Assembly: GCA_049322915.1 (NCBI GenBank)
Contig: JBMOPW010000010.1
Span: 73,994 to 137,993 of the forward strand
Length of the DNA stretch: 64,000 bases
Reading direction: 5' to 3'
Source of the DNA: Candidatus Zhuqueibacterota bacterium
GTDB taxonomy: Bacteria; Zhuqueibacterota; Zhuqueibacteria; Thermofontimicrobiales; Thermofontimicrobiaceae
Positions 9,980 to 19,797 of this stretch are shown one piece after another. The notes beneath the pieces were generated by a model. It was not told the origin of the DNA. It was given only the letters and a program-made list of their open reading frames with translations, and ran no database searches. The position numbers were made by a program, and so were the translations under genes. Position 1 is the first letter of the stretch; every line of letters begins with the position of its first letter.

Positions 9980-10393
9980 TCAAACGTTCTTTGGAAAGCG
10001 CACGTTTTCCGCGCCACAATGGCTGCACGTCCGCTGATGCACGCATAGCAACTGCCCGCAGTTTTCGCATGTCCAGAACGACTGACAATGTTCGCTGAAT
10101 GCGTCCATTCCGTTTTCGATGGCGTCAGCCATGTTCTCGAACAGATCTTCACCATATTTGGTGATGTACCTTTTGCGGATGCGTTTCTCTAATTGGCAGG
10201 GATAGGCCTCGCAGATGCTGCACAGAAGAGTCGCGTCCCCTTTCTTCTCAGGACAGTTGCGGATGCGACAGCGACCGAGATAATCGATGGAGCCGATTTC
10301 TCCGGCGCAGCCACTGCATCGGTTTTTCTTTCTCTGGAATGCATAGCAGATATTGCAGATAATGCCGCAGGGGGCAAGAATTATTTTTTCCAT
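9980..10393 (-). CDS. DUF3795-like Cys-rich metal-binding protein
   Basis: APCGIICNIC, CSGC, CRIRNC, CSICEAYPC and a C-terminal CENC...CSHC. Confidence 0.75.
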   Translation of the reverse strand: MEKIILAPCGIICNICYAFQRKKNRCSGCAGEIGSIDYLGRCRIRNCPEKKGDATLLCSICEAYPCQLEKRIRKRYITKYGEDLFENMADAIENGMDAFSEHCQSFWTCENCGQLLCVHQRTCSHCGAENVRFPKNV

Positions 10394-10456
10394 ACAGGTC
10401 TCATCATCTGGATCGCTCTTGATCTTCCGACGCCGTTTGACTGGTACCATCCGGCA

Positions 10457-10960
10457 TCACTGGCACATTTCATGCCGGGTCAGAAAGCTTTCGATGTCTT
10501 CGGTGAATTGCATCGCAGCGGCCTCGATGCGACGGGTCAATCCGGACAGATCGCTGAAATCCGCGCCATCTATGGGGTGCTCGAGAATAGAATCAGCGCC
10601 CTTCGTAGTCGCCACAAGTCGGTATTTATTCCAGCCTGCTTCCTTGAACAGATTCCAGTATTTTGATTGAATTTCTTTGTTGTAGCCGAACAGCCAGATT
10701 TCGAAACTGCATGTCTCATGGATGAACACGATCCCGATCTTCAATCCCCTGATTTTCAATGACCACGGGAAAAAGGAAAAATAGGTCATGTCCATGTAGC
10801 CGTAATAGATATTGCCCGAGACGAAATGATCCGGATATTTACTTTTGAAATACGTTCTTAAATCCATGATGTAGTGCATCAAACCCTGATAGGCTTTTTT
10901 GATGGCGCCTTTTTGCAACTGGATTTTGTATTCATCCAAATATTCGTGGAAAGATTCCAT
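10457..10960 (-). CDS. Conserved hypothetical protein (DUF7000-like)
   Basis: GAGGG SD before the ATG; GYMDMTYFSF...LKIGIVFIHE...FEIWL pattern. Confidence 0.55.
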   Translation of the reverse strand: MESFHEYLDEYKIQLQKGAIKKAYQGLMHYIMDLRTYFKSKYPDHFVSGNIYYGYMDMTYFSFFPWSLKIRGLKIGIVFIHETCSFEIWLFGYNKEIQSKYWNLFKEAGWNKYRLVATTKGADSILEHPIDGADFSDLSGLTRRIEAAAMQFTEDIESFLTRHEMCQ

Positions 10961-11196
10961 GTGAATTCCCTCAATCACGGTGAACTTCGATCTTCACGCT
11001 GTGGACGAGCATGGTTCATGCTTCCGCAGAAAATTAATGCCTCGCCAAAATCATTCTTCTTGAAAATGAGTCAGGTACAAACCGGTTTCGGCGCTCCAAA
11101 GCCGACGCCTGTCACGACAAAGCGTTTGCCTGGCGCGTGGATAGTCTGCCAATCAGGCGCTTGAAACAGGGACGTCGACGCTGCTGAGCGATTCCC

Positions 11197-11634
11197 TCAT
11201 CGAAACATCGAGTAATCGAGCAGTCCGGTGTGCATGGTCATCTTCCACTCGCCGTTGACTTTCGAGTACACTTTGCACGCCCGGCCCTTCCAGTGGAAAT
11301 CCTTCCCGTCGCGGTCGCGCCACAACGTGTCCACATCGACGACGGCAAACGCCCCATCCTTCTCTTCGGTGATCACTATTTTTTTTATCTCTCGCCGGTT
11401 ATGAATCAGATCATGGGTGTCGAACATCTGCTGCCAGTTCCGGCTCCAGCGCTCTGCATTGTAACGACCTGCCCAGAAAATCCAGTCCATCGGATCGTGG
11501 GAGCCCGGCGTCGCCGGCCAGGGCCAGACCATGTCCGGGTGGAAGATGCTCATCAGCAGTTGGATGTCCTGCGTGTCCCAGGCGCGCGTTTCGCGATTGA
11601 CGATCTCTCGTATCTCTTCTTCTGCGTTGTCCAT
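11197..11634 (-). CDS. NTF2/SnoaL-like fold protein
   Basis: RETRAWDTQDIQLLMSIFHPDMVW and a C-terminal KVNGEWKMTMHT. Confidence 0.75.
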   Translation of the reverse strand: MDNAEEEIREIVNRETRAWDTQDIQLLMSIFHPDMVWPWPATPGSHDPMDWIFWAGRYNAERWSRNWQQMFDTHDLIHNRREIKKIVITEEKDGAFAVVDVDTLWRDRDGKDFHWKGRACKVYSKVNGEWKMTMHTGLLDYSMFR

Positions 11635-12038
11635 ACGTATCGCTCAGGTTGACATTGTTCAAAGGGCGAACAGGCAGTATTCAGTAGGGAATTTTCAAAG
11701 AAAGCTCGTCGATGAGCTTTCATGGTCATTCAAAAGCCGTCTCACAGAGAATGCCTGTCGTCCTTTAGTTTCACGTGATCGGCGATTACCCTATTTTTTA
11801 AGTCAAATTTAATACGGCCGGAATCCGCTCGCGCTGTGCTTGACTGGATCAAAACGTTGAATCAGGAACCTGGTCATTTCTCAGTTTGATTAGGATTTTT
11901 GGCAACGATTTTCGGGACGAAAATCCCGAACGATTAATATCCGGCGCTCTGCATTGTAGTGGTCGGCCCGGAAAATTCAGTCAATCGGAATTGATACTAA
12001 GAAAAATTCATTGTTCAAATGTTACTTTTTTTTCAAGC

Positions 12039-12067
12039 AATATACAATGAATTCACCTGGATGTCAA
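12039..12067 (-). promoter_or_regulatory. sigma70-type promoter
   Basis: TTGACA-17 bp-TATATT on the minus strand, about 400 bp upstream of the NTF2-like gene. Confidence 0.55.
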
Positions 12068-12078
12068 GGAGAAATATT

Positions 12079-12208
12079 CTAACCTGAATTATTCATGAAC
12101 TTGCTCAGAATTAGAGTCGACATTCAGATTTTCAATTAGCTAAAAGCTAAGCTATTTTGAAACTCAGTTTTTATACGTTTATTCTAAAAAGAGCACCATT
12201 CAGGTTAG
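12079..12208. mobile_element. Possible MITE (130 bp)
   Basis: 11-bp perfect inverted repeats CTAACCTGAAT / ATTCAGGTTAG around an AT-rich non-coding interior. Confidence 0.4.
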
Positions 12209-12407
12209 CCAGCCTCCTTTAAAAATACTCTGAATAATGCAGGCTAAGAGAATTAAAAAATTGTGAACCATTTGCGTTGAGGAGCGATTGTAAGGAATTA
12301 AGTTGGTTGAATTCCGGTAGTAGGTGTTTGACTCGATTGCCCCGGGTAACGATCGATGAGCGAGTGAAATAGCAGGACAGGTTTTCTTCGGAGAAAGCGC
12401 GCCCGAG

Positions 12408-12443
12408 CCAGCTTCCCCGGGATCTGAGACCCGGGGAAGCTGG
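12408..12443 (-). terminator. Strong stem-loop downstream of the GxGYxYP gene
   Basis: 14-bp perfect stem CCAGCTTCCCCGGG / CCCGGGGAAGCTGG; no immediate U-tract. Confidence 0.5.
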
Positions 12444-12468
12444 ATGAGCGATTAAATTCAATAGCGGT

Positions 12469-14076
12469 CTATTCTTCAGCGTAGCGGGTTTTGAACGTGG
12501 GCGCAACGCCGGCCATTTTCATGAACAGATCCAGCGGGATGAGTTCAAATTCTGAGCCGAGTTTTTTCAGCCATTCTTTGACGCGGTTGATGTCGCTCCA
12601 TTGCCGAATGTGAATGAGCAGGAAATAGGGTCGCCTCGGATTGAGATTGGCCAATTCCATTAAATCTGCGGCCGCCTCGTTCAAATCGCGTTTCTCTGAG
12701 AGATAGTAATCGTACGAAATGAAGGGTCGTCCATCCTGCACCGCAAATGTATGCGCCGGACGATAGCCGTTGGCAAACCCGATGGCGTCCGGCATACCTT
12801 TGAAGTAAAACTCCAGCACGTCTTTGGTCACATCGTCGTTGATGCCGCCGGACTCCCAATAGCTGGTATGTTCCATCAATTCAAAAATAGTCAGGTCCAG
12901 GGCTTTCATGAGCGCATACGCTGAATCGACCACGTCCGGCATGTACTCTGTCGGAATCGATTTGGGGTACATGTAGCCAGGGCCGGAGAGCGATCCGATG
13001 AAATAGTCGTTGGGCGTGGCCATGTCGTAATAAAATTGCAGCATGGCCGGAGCCAACCACAGCCAGTTCATGGTCACTTCCCAGGCGTAGGGAATATCGC
13101 CGCGGCCAGGCTTTGTCCAGGAGCCCAGCCCGAGGCAGTCGGACTGAATGCAGGAGATGTACACCTTTTTCTTCGGCGGATACTCAGCGCCAGCCTGCAC
13201 ATGGTGATTGTTTTTGAACGCGTATCCCGGGGTCAGGGGAATCTGATTGTTGAAACTCATATTGGGCAGCGTGTGCAAGCCTTCCACGCGCAGCGCATAA
13301 TTGGAGGCTAATCGCACATGATCGGCTTCTTTGTCTTTGGCGTAGGAATGCCAGCCCATCACCAGGGACAGTGGCTTCATTTCGCGGAAGAGACGCCTGG
13401 CAAAGAGGTATTCCAGCGAGTCCGACGGATCGGTGGAAGCGTCGGTGAAAAAGGCTTTTTTATAAATGCCAAAATCCGCGATGCCGGGTTTCATCATGGA
13501 GCCGCTTTCACCGCCCATATAGATCAAAAAATCTTTACTGCATGAATTCCAATATTTTTTGTAGGCCCATTGATAGATGTCATAATCGCTCTGGCCGGTG
13601 AATGTCCCGCGAAAATCCTCGATGGGCTTCAGTCCGTGTTTCTCGACCATCGGAATGAGCGCCTCGGTGACAACCACGGCCTGGTTCACGGCCGCCGCTG
13701 TGAACGCGACGATCAACGAGGTGCGCGCCGAGGTGTCCCAGACGATATAACCGTTCGCATGGGATTTCAATGCGCCCAGAGCGTCATCGGCGGTCGCCAG
13801 TTCGGTGAATTGCATGCTGCGTTTGTCTTTGTAATAGTTCAAAATCGGTTCGCAAAAATTGTAATCCCAACCTTGAGCATACAGGAAATACAGCCGCGGC
13901 GCGCCAATATTGGCCACGCCCTGCAGGCTGATGAGCAGCGCCTGCGTCGGCAGGTCACCCTGAATTTCCCAGTTGTTGGTCAATTTCATCACATACATCG
14001 GTTCGCTGTGCTGCGCGTGAAGCGAGGAGGCCATCAGCGCGATGAGCGCGATGAATAAAATTGAATATCGTTTCAT
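12469..14076 (-). CDS. Secreted GxGYxYP-family putative glycoside hydrolase
   Basis: Signal peptide; SGPGYMYP signature; SLQGVAN...PRLY N-terminal domain. Confidence 0.85.
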   Translation of the reverse strand: MKRYSILFIALIALMASSLHAQHSEPMYVMKLTNNWEIQGDLPTQALLISLQGVANIGAPRLYFLYAQGWDYNFCEPILNYYKDKRSMQFTELATADDALGALKSHANGYIVWDTSARTSLIVAFTAAAVNQAVVVTEALIPMVEKHGLKPIEDFRGTFTGQSDYDIYQWAYKKYWNSCSKDFLIYMGGESGSMMKPGIADFGIYKKAFFTDASTDPSDSLEYLFARRLFREMKPLSLVMGWHSYAKDKEADHVRLASNYALRVEGLHTLPNMSFNNQIPLTPGYAFKNNHHVQAGAEYPPKKKVYISCIQSDCLGLGSWTKPGRGDIPYAWEVTMNWLWLAPAMLQFYYDMATPNDYFIGSLSGPGYMYPKSIPTEYMPDVVDSAYALMKALDLTIFELMEHTSYWESGGINDDVTKDVLEFYFKGMPDAIGFANGYRPAHTFAVQDGRPFISYDYYLSEKRDLNEAAADLMELANLNPRRPYFLLIHIRQWSDINRVKEWLKKLGSEFELIPLDLFMKMAGVAPTFKTRYAEE

Positions 14077-14142
14077 CGGATTTCCTTTCAAAATAAATTT
14101 CGTCGTCCAATTGCATCTGCGGCGCGGCGGATATCGCAGTTC

Positions 14143-14688
14143 CTATTTCGCCGCAACCCTCTCGAAGGTCAGCGTGATGGGCGTGGGACGGCTGGACCGT
14201 TTTTCGATCACGGTGAGTTCGTTGCCATCCTTGCCGAGACGATAGCTGCGTCGGGTGATAATCGTCGTTTCGCCCTGGGAGGTTTGCACCGGCTGTTCGA
14301 TGATCGTTTTGAATTCTCTGTCCGTTTGACTCCAGTCCCCGGTCACTTTCCTCTTCGTCCCAGGGATGGAAAGAACGCCCATGTACCAGTTCTCCGGCCA
14401 TATCTGAGACGTCACTTCGATTTCAGTGGGCGCTTCGTTGGGGACGAAACTCACAGAGTCCAGGAATGCAATGGTCTTTCCGGTCATCCATTTATTGAGG
14501 ACGATGACCCGGCCGACGTCATTGCGTATCTCCAATTCCAGGGTGCGATGATTCCAGGTGACCAGATTTGTGCTTTTCTCCGGCACAAGTTTCCATGTCC
14601 CATAAACGGGCAGGCGATTTCTGGAACAACATGGCATCAACATCAGGACGAGGCATGCGATGAGCGCCAGACTTGTTTTTTGTGGCAT
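14143..14688 (-). CDS. Lipoprotein with probable lipocalin-like barrel
   Basis: Hydrophobic leader ending in Cys; YGTWKL motif; C-terminal LTFER. Confidence 0.55.
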   Translation of the reverse strand: MPQKTSLALIACLVLMLMPCCSRNRLPVYGTWKLVPEKSTNLVTWNHRTLELEIRNDVGRVIVLNKWMTGKTIAFLDSVSFVPNEAPTEIEVTSQIWPENWYMGVLSIPGTKRKVTGDWSQTDREFKTIIEQPVQTSQGETTIITRRSYRLGKDGNELTVIEKRSSRPTPITLTFERVAAK

Positions 14689-15125
14689 AATCACTCCGAT
14701 GATTTTTAGAATAATTGGGGTTGAATACGAGGAACATGACGCCAGTTGAACTCAGTATGCGGCGGCCGATTCCTCGCCAGTGAGGAAGAATTAATTTATC
14801 TGAATGGGCAGCGTTGCATTGACACTAAATCTCAACGACGATGCCGCATTGCCATCCGATTCGATTGTGCGGAACTGAACCTTCATGCGAAGGATGCGCT
14901 GAGCCTTCTCCGCATGGCAACTGCGCGCCCTATTATACCATTTTCAATCAAAAGAAGCAAGGATAATTTCAACGCGCTGAACACCGGGACACGTTGAAAC
15001 TTCCGGACCTGTCGGCGTTATTTTCTCATGTTCCCGCGAACATCCGGCGCGCAAATAAAATAGTTGCTTTTCAGAGAAATTTTTATTAATTGAATAGGGA
15101 CAAATCAGGTGAGAAAGGAAATTTC

Positions 15126-16358
15126 ATGAATTCGAGAGAGCGGGTTAACATGGCGCTGCGTTTTGAAGCGCCGGATCGGCCACCAATTGACGTGTCAGGG
15201 CATCGTTCCTCCGGGATCAGCGCCATTGCCTATGCCAGGTTGAGATCCTACCTGGGTCTGCAATCGTCGCCAATTCGCGTCTACGACCCTGTCCAGCAAT
15301 TGGCCATTGTCGACGACGATGTGCTCGACTTGTTCGGGGTGGATACTATCGAACTGGGGCGCGCATTTGCTCATGAGGACAAGGACTGGGCCGACTGGAT
15401 TCTGCCAGATGGCACTCCCTGCCAGATGCCGGCCTGGGCGTTGCCGGAGCGGGATCGGGATCGGGATCGATGGGTCATCCGATCCAAAAGCGGGCGTGTC
15501 ATCGCTCAAATGCCTGACGGTGCGCTTTATTTCGAGCAGACGTTTTATCCACTGGCGAGTCCGACGGATGTGGAGCATCTGTCCGACGCGATGGACGAAT
15601 GCATGTGGACAGCGGTCGCTTCGCCGCCCGGTCCACTGGCGGCCGGCCCCTATGGCAGCGCTCTGTTGCAGACTGGCGCCAGGCAATTGCGGGCGCGCAC
15701 CGATCGGGCGATACTCGGACTGTTCGGCGGCAATCTGCTGGAGATGGGACAATTTCTCCATCGCAATGATAATTTTTTTATGATGCTGGCAGCAGAGCCG
15801 GCCAAAGCCCATGTATTTCTCGACCGAGTTGTGGAAATGCATCTGGCCAATCTGGAAAATTTTCTCAATGCAGTTGGAAATTACATCGATGTCATCCTGT
15901 TCGGCGATGACCTGGGCATGCAGACCGGGCCGCAGTTGTCGCCGGCCATGTACCGCACATTTTTTAAACCGCGCCATGCGCTGTTATGGCAGCGCGCCAG
16001 GGAGTTAGCCGACGTGAAGGTGATGCTGCATTGCTGCGGTGGTGTTCGCGAGTTGCTGCCGGATTTGATCGACGCCGGACTGGATGCGATCAATCCGGTG
16101 CAGATTTCCTGCGCCGGCATGGATGCGGCCGGACTCAAACGCGATTTTGGAAAGGACATTGTCCTCTGGGGCGGCGGTTGCGACACTCAGGTGATCCTGC
16201 CGTCCGGCGCCCCGGCTCAGGTGAAAGAACATGTCCGCGAGCAGATCAGGATATTGAGTCCGGGTGGAGGATTTGTCTTTCAGCAGGTGCACAATATCCT
16301 CGCCACCGTGCCGCCGGAGAATATCGTGGCTATGTTGGAAGCCGCAAATGGTCGCTGA
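15126..16358 (+). CDS. Uroporphyrinogen decarboxylase (URO-D)/MtaA-CmuA superfamily protein
   Basis: NSRERV...PDRPP, FGDDLGMQ, LHCCGG, WGGGCDTQ, VHNI...PPENI motifs. Confidence 0.85.
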   Translation: MNSRERVNMALRFEAPDRPPIDVSGHRSSGISAIAYARLRSYLGLQSSPIRVYDPVQQLAIVDDDVLDLFGVDTIELGRAFAHEDKDWADWILPDGTPCQMPAWALPERDRDRDRWVIRSKSGRVIAQMPDGALYFEQTFYPLASPTDVEHLSDAMDECMWTAVASPPGPLAAGPYGSALLQTGARQLRARTDRAILGLFGGNLLEMGQFLHRNDNFFMMLAAEPAKAHVFLDRVVEMHLANLENFLNAVGNYIDVILFGDDLGMQTGPQLSPAMYRTFFKPRHALLWQRARELADVKVMLHCCGGVRELLPDLIDAGLDAINPVQISCAGMDAAGLKRDFGKDIVLWGGGCDTQVILPSGAPAQVKEHVREQIRILSPGGGFVFQQVHNILATVPPENIVAMLEAANGR

Positions 16359-16452
16359 CGCAGCGCGTTGAGATGGGCGCCGCGCTGGCGATGTTCATCA
16401 AACCCGATGCGCCGTGGTGGCGCGTTCGGAGAAACGAAGGAAATTGAACTCC

Positions 16453-17538
16453 ATGTTTACATTACACGAACTTGGCTGGAATGAATTTTTTCAATCGTCA
16501 TTTGAAGCATACGAACAGCAGGGATTCGAGCTGGGACGAATCTCAGCGGAGAATAGGGACAACTACAACCTGTACACCCGGGACGGGGAGATCATTGCAG
16601 AGGTGACCGGCAAATTGTTGTACAGCGCGGATAGCGCCTCGGCCCTGCCAAAAGTCGGCGACTGGGTTGCGCTCAAGCGTTACGACGCCAATTCCAACGG
16701 CATCATTCACGAGATACTTCCCCGCAAGACCGTCTTCTCGCGCAAAGTGGCCGGGATAAAGACGGAGGAGCAGGTTCTGGCTACCAATATCGATATTGTT
16801 TTTATTGTGCAAAGCCTGGATAATGATTTCAGCCTGAAACGGTTTGAGCGGTACATGGTGATGGTGTATGAGGCCGGCGCCCGGCCCGTCATTGTCATGA
16901 ATAAGATCGATTTACAGGACAATGTTCAGGACTTTATCGAGTCAGCGCAGCGCATGGCCGGGGATGCCGGCGTTCTGGCGGTGAGCGCGGTGACCGGGCA
17001 GGGAATCGCGGATCTCAAGTCTCTGTTGAAACCGGGGCAGACCTGCGCCTTTGTTGGTTCGTCCGGCGTGGGGAAAACAACGCTCATCAACACGCTGATC
17101 GGGCGCGATGTGTTTGCCACAGCAGAAGTGAGGGAGAAGGATTCGAAAGGACGACACGTCACGACGCGGCGGCAATTGATTGTCATCCCTGAGAGCGGCC
17201 TGTTGATCGATACTCCCGGAATGCGCGAGTTACAGCTCTGGAGCGCTGATGGCGGTCTCGGCGATGTCTTTTCTGATTTCGATGAACTGGCTAAATCGTG
17301 TCGGTTTTCTGATTGCACCCATCGCAGTGAAATCGGGTGCGCCGTCATTGCAGCGGTGGAGGATGGACGAATCGAGCCGTGGCGGTATGAAAATTATCTG
17401 AAGATGAGGAAAGAACTGGACTTTCTGGCTGAGAAGCAAAGCCAGATGGGGGAGTTAAACAAGAAAAGACGGTTTAAGGAATTTAGCAGAGTCATAAAAA
17501 ATTATAAGCGAATTGATCCGAAGCGAAAATTCCACTGA
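16453..17538 (+). CDS. rsgA: Ribosome small subunit-dependent GTPase A
   Basis: Circularly permuted GTPase NKID, GSSGVGKT, DTPG; zinc site CRFSDCTH...C. Confidence 0.95.
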   Translation: MFTLHELGWNEFFQSSFEAYEQQGFELGRISAENRDNYNLYTRDGEIIAEVTGKLLYSADSASALPKVGDWVALKRYDANSNGIIHEILPRKTVFSRKVAGIKTEEQVLATNIDIVFIVQSLDNDFSLKRFERYMVMVYEAGARPVIVMNKIDLQDNVQDFIESAQRMAGDAGVLAVSAVTGQGIADLKSLLKPGQTCAFVGSSGVGKTTLINTLIGRDVFATAEVREKDSKGRHVTTRRQLIVIPESGLLIDTPGMRELQLWSADGGLGDVFSDFDELAKSCRFSDCTHRSEIGCAVIAAVEDGRIEPWRYENYLKMRKELDFLAEKQSQMGELNKKRRFKEFSRVIKNYKRIDPKRKFH

Positions 17539-17552
17539 CAGGGGAGAAGACC

Positions 17553-18608
17553 ATGCAGTTATTCGGCAAAGACTGGACGCGTCGCGAGATTGAAGCGAGG
17601 GTGGGGCGGATGGAACAACTGGGCGGCGTCCGTCGCATGCAACTCACAGAGGGACCTGAAGCCGGCGTCGAGATCATTCAGGTGAGCACCGGCGCCGGAC
17701 TGACGTACTATGTGTCGCCATCGCGCGGACTCGATATTTCGCTGGCCAAATTCAGAGATGTGCCCATTAGCTGGAAGTCGCCCAATGGGGACGTGGCCCC
17801 GGCCTTTTACAATGCCGGTGAACTGGAATGGTTACGCACGGCTGCCGGGGGTTTGTTGATGACCTGTGGGCTCAGTCAGGTGGGTTCTCCCAATGAAGAT
17901 GGGGGCGAAAAGCTGGGGCTGCACGGGCGAATCCATCACACGCCGGCGCGTCACGTTTCCGCCGGAGCGAACTGGCGTGATGATGATTATGAACTGCGCG
18001 TCTCCGGCATGGCGGAGGAGACGAAAATTTTTGGCGACTGCCTGCGGCTCACCCGCTCGCTGATCAGCCGAATGGGGGAGAATCGCATCGAAATCCACGA
18101 TGAGGTCGAGAATGTGGGCTTTCGTTCCGCGCCGCACATGATGTTGTACCACTTCAATTTTGGCTTTCCATTGCTGATGGAGGAAACGCGGATCAAATTC
18201 CCTTCAGCAAAGGTGACGCCGCGGGAAGAAACAACCCCGCTGGCCGGGTTTGATCAGTGGCAGGCGCCGACCATCGATTACCAGGAACGGGTCTATTATC
18301 ACACTGTAATTTCGTCCCGGAACCACATCGCCTCGGTCGAAATCACCAATCCGATTTTTCCTCTCGGTAGCGGCAATGGCGCCACGGCGCTGTGCGTCCG
18401 CATTTCGTGGAATACGGAGCAATTGCCGCGGCTCGTGCAGTGGAAAATGCCGGGCGCCGGCGTGCATGTTCTGGGCATTGAACCAGCCAATTGCTGGGTA
18501 GAAGGTCGCGCTGTGGAACGCCAAAGAGGCACACTGGTGCAGTTAAATCCGGGGGAAAAGAAATTTTATGATCTGGAAATTGAAATACTGGATGTTTCAG
18601 AAAGCTGA
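17553..18608 (+). CDS. Aldose 1-epimerase-like protein (DUF4432)
   Basis: RGLDI, GLLMTCGL, LHGRI, YHFNFGFP and LGIEP motifs. Confidence 0.85.
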   Translation: MQLFGKDWTRREIEARVGRMEQLGGVRRMQLTEGPEAGVEIIQVSTGAGLTYYVSPSRGLDISLAKFRDVPISWKSPNGDVAPAFYNAGELEWLRTAAGGLLMTCGLSQVGSPNEDGGEKLGLHGRIHHTPARHVSAGANWRDDDYELRVSGMAEETKIFGDCLRLTRSLISRMGENRIEIHDEVENVGFRSAPHMMLYHFNFGFPLLMEETRIKFPSAKVTPREETTPLAGFDQWQAPTIDYQERVYYHTVISSRNHIASVEITNPIFPLGSGNGATALCVRISWNTEQLPRLVQWKMPGAGVHVLGIEPANCWVEGRAVERQRGTLVQLNPGEKKFYDLEIEILDVSES

Positions 18609-18631
18609 CTGCGGAGAATGTGAGGCCTGAA

Positions 18632-19114
18632 TCAGGAATCGAGTATCGTTCTGACAAGCGCTGTCAATTGGGGAATATCGAATGGCTTCTGGATGAAGGC
18701 AGTGGCGCTGGTAATAATGGAATTTTCACTCGTCTGGCGCGGCAGCTCGCTGCCGGAGATCAGCAGCACCTTTACCGATGGATTCATCTGTTTCATGCGT
18801 CTGAGAGTTTCGGCGCCGTCCATTTTTGGGAGGTTCATGTCCAGGATGACCAGGTCAATGCGGGAGTTCAACTGCCGGAACATCTCGTAGCCATCGATGC
18901 CATTCTCGGCGCTGAATATGGTATAGCCAATCCGCTCGAAGATAGATTTCTCAAGCTGAAGCAGCATTTCTTCGTCTTCGATGATGAGAATGCTTTCGGC
19001 CCCGGGTTTGTTGGGTCTCGCGGTCGACAATTGTTCCTCCCGAATCGGTTCAATGGAAGAACTGTCTGTCTGGCGCGAAGTCTGGCGCTTCTTTTTTTTG
19101 AATGACTGGCTCAC
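18632..19114 (-). CDS. Stand-alone receiver (REC) domain protein
   Basis: ILIIEDEE, LDMNLPKMDG, SG and KPF motifs. Confidence 0.9.
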   Translation of the reverse strand: MSQSFKKKKRQTSRQTDSSSIEPIREEQLSTARPNKPGAESILIIEDEEMLLQLEKSIFERIGYTIFSAENGIDGYEMFRQLNSRIDLVILDMNLPKMDGAETLRRMKQMNPSVKVLLISGSELPRQTSENSIITSATAFIQKPFDIPQLTALVRTILDS

Positions 19115-19797
19115 GTTGGTGTTGGCCTTTTTTCATTTTTCATGACATGCCTGCCGGAATATCTGCACGAGGCCGGCAAGGGGCAGTTATGAAGGTGTTG
19201 AACGCATTGAACGTGAATTTTTTTTAGTATTTAAAACGTCTCGTTTTGGAGGGCAGAATAGAATTCCTACTTCTGATTTCGGTGAAGCAATTATTCGAAT
19301 CATGAATTGCATTGCAAACCAGGAACGATGAATGATTGTGATAGAAACTGCATCACTAAAATAATTCTGTTAAATCAATTTAGCAACAGATATTTGTATT
19401 ATTGCAAAAAGTTCATCGGTCGGACGGCTCTGTCTGTCTGGCGAGTCTGTCTGCGGCACGGCAAACGCGCACTGCAAACAGGATTGACGCGCGCCTAAAA
19501 GAGAAACTCGATCTGGCTGGCTGATCCATTCCGGTGTCAGCGAACAGTCGTCCGAAAATTGCGGTGGCTATGACGGCATTCCGATGAATTGATAAAACCG
19601 GTCGTCGCCTATTTTTATCATAGAAATGTATGGCAGGAGTTGATGGAACAGCCGTTCGTACCGTCAATTTCATCCACATTCATGAACGGCGGACAATTAT
19701 TTTCATCCGTGTATTGCATTAAATCCGGGAGTCCCCGGAATATTTATAGATCGCACGCAAAGCAGCGTGTAACATTTACCACAAGGGAGTCCATGTA

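Noticed and set aside
9980..11634. Run of small co-oriented accessory genes resembling integron cassettes
   Set aside because: No attC-like RYYYAAC...GTTRRRY structures in the spacers examined and no integrase in the window.
19417..19560. Possible structured RNA or c-di-GMP riboswitch upstream of rnr (GGCAAAC...GACGC; TCGGACGGCT...AGTCGTCCGA closure)
   Set aside because: Only fragments of the GEMM consensus are present and internal pairing is unconvincing.
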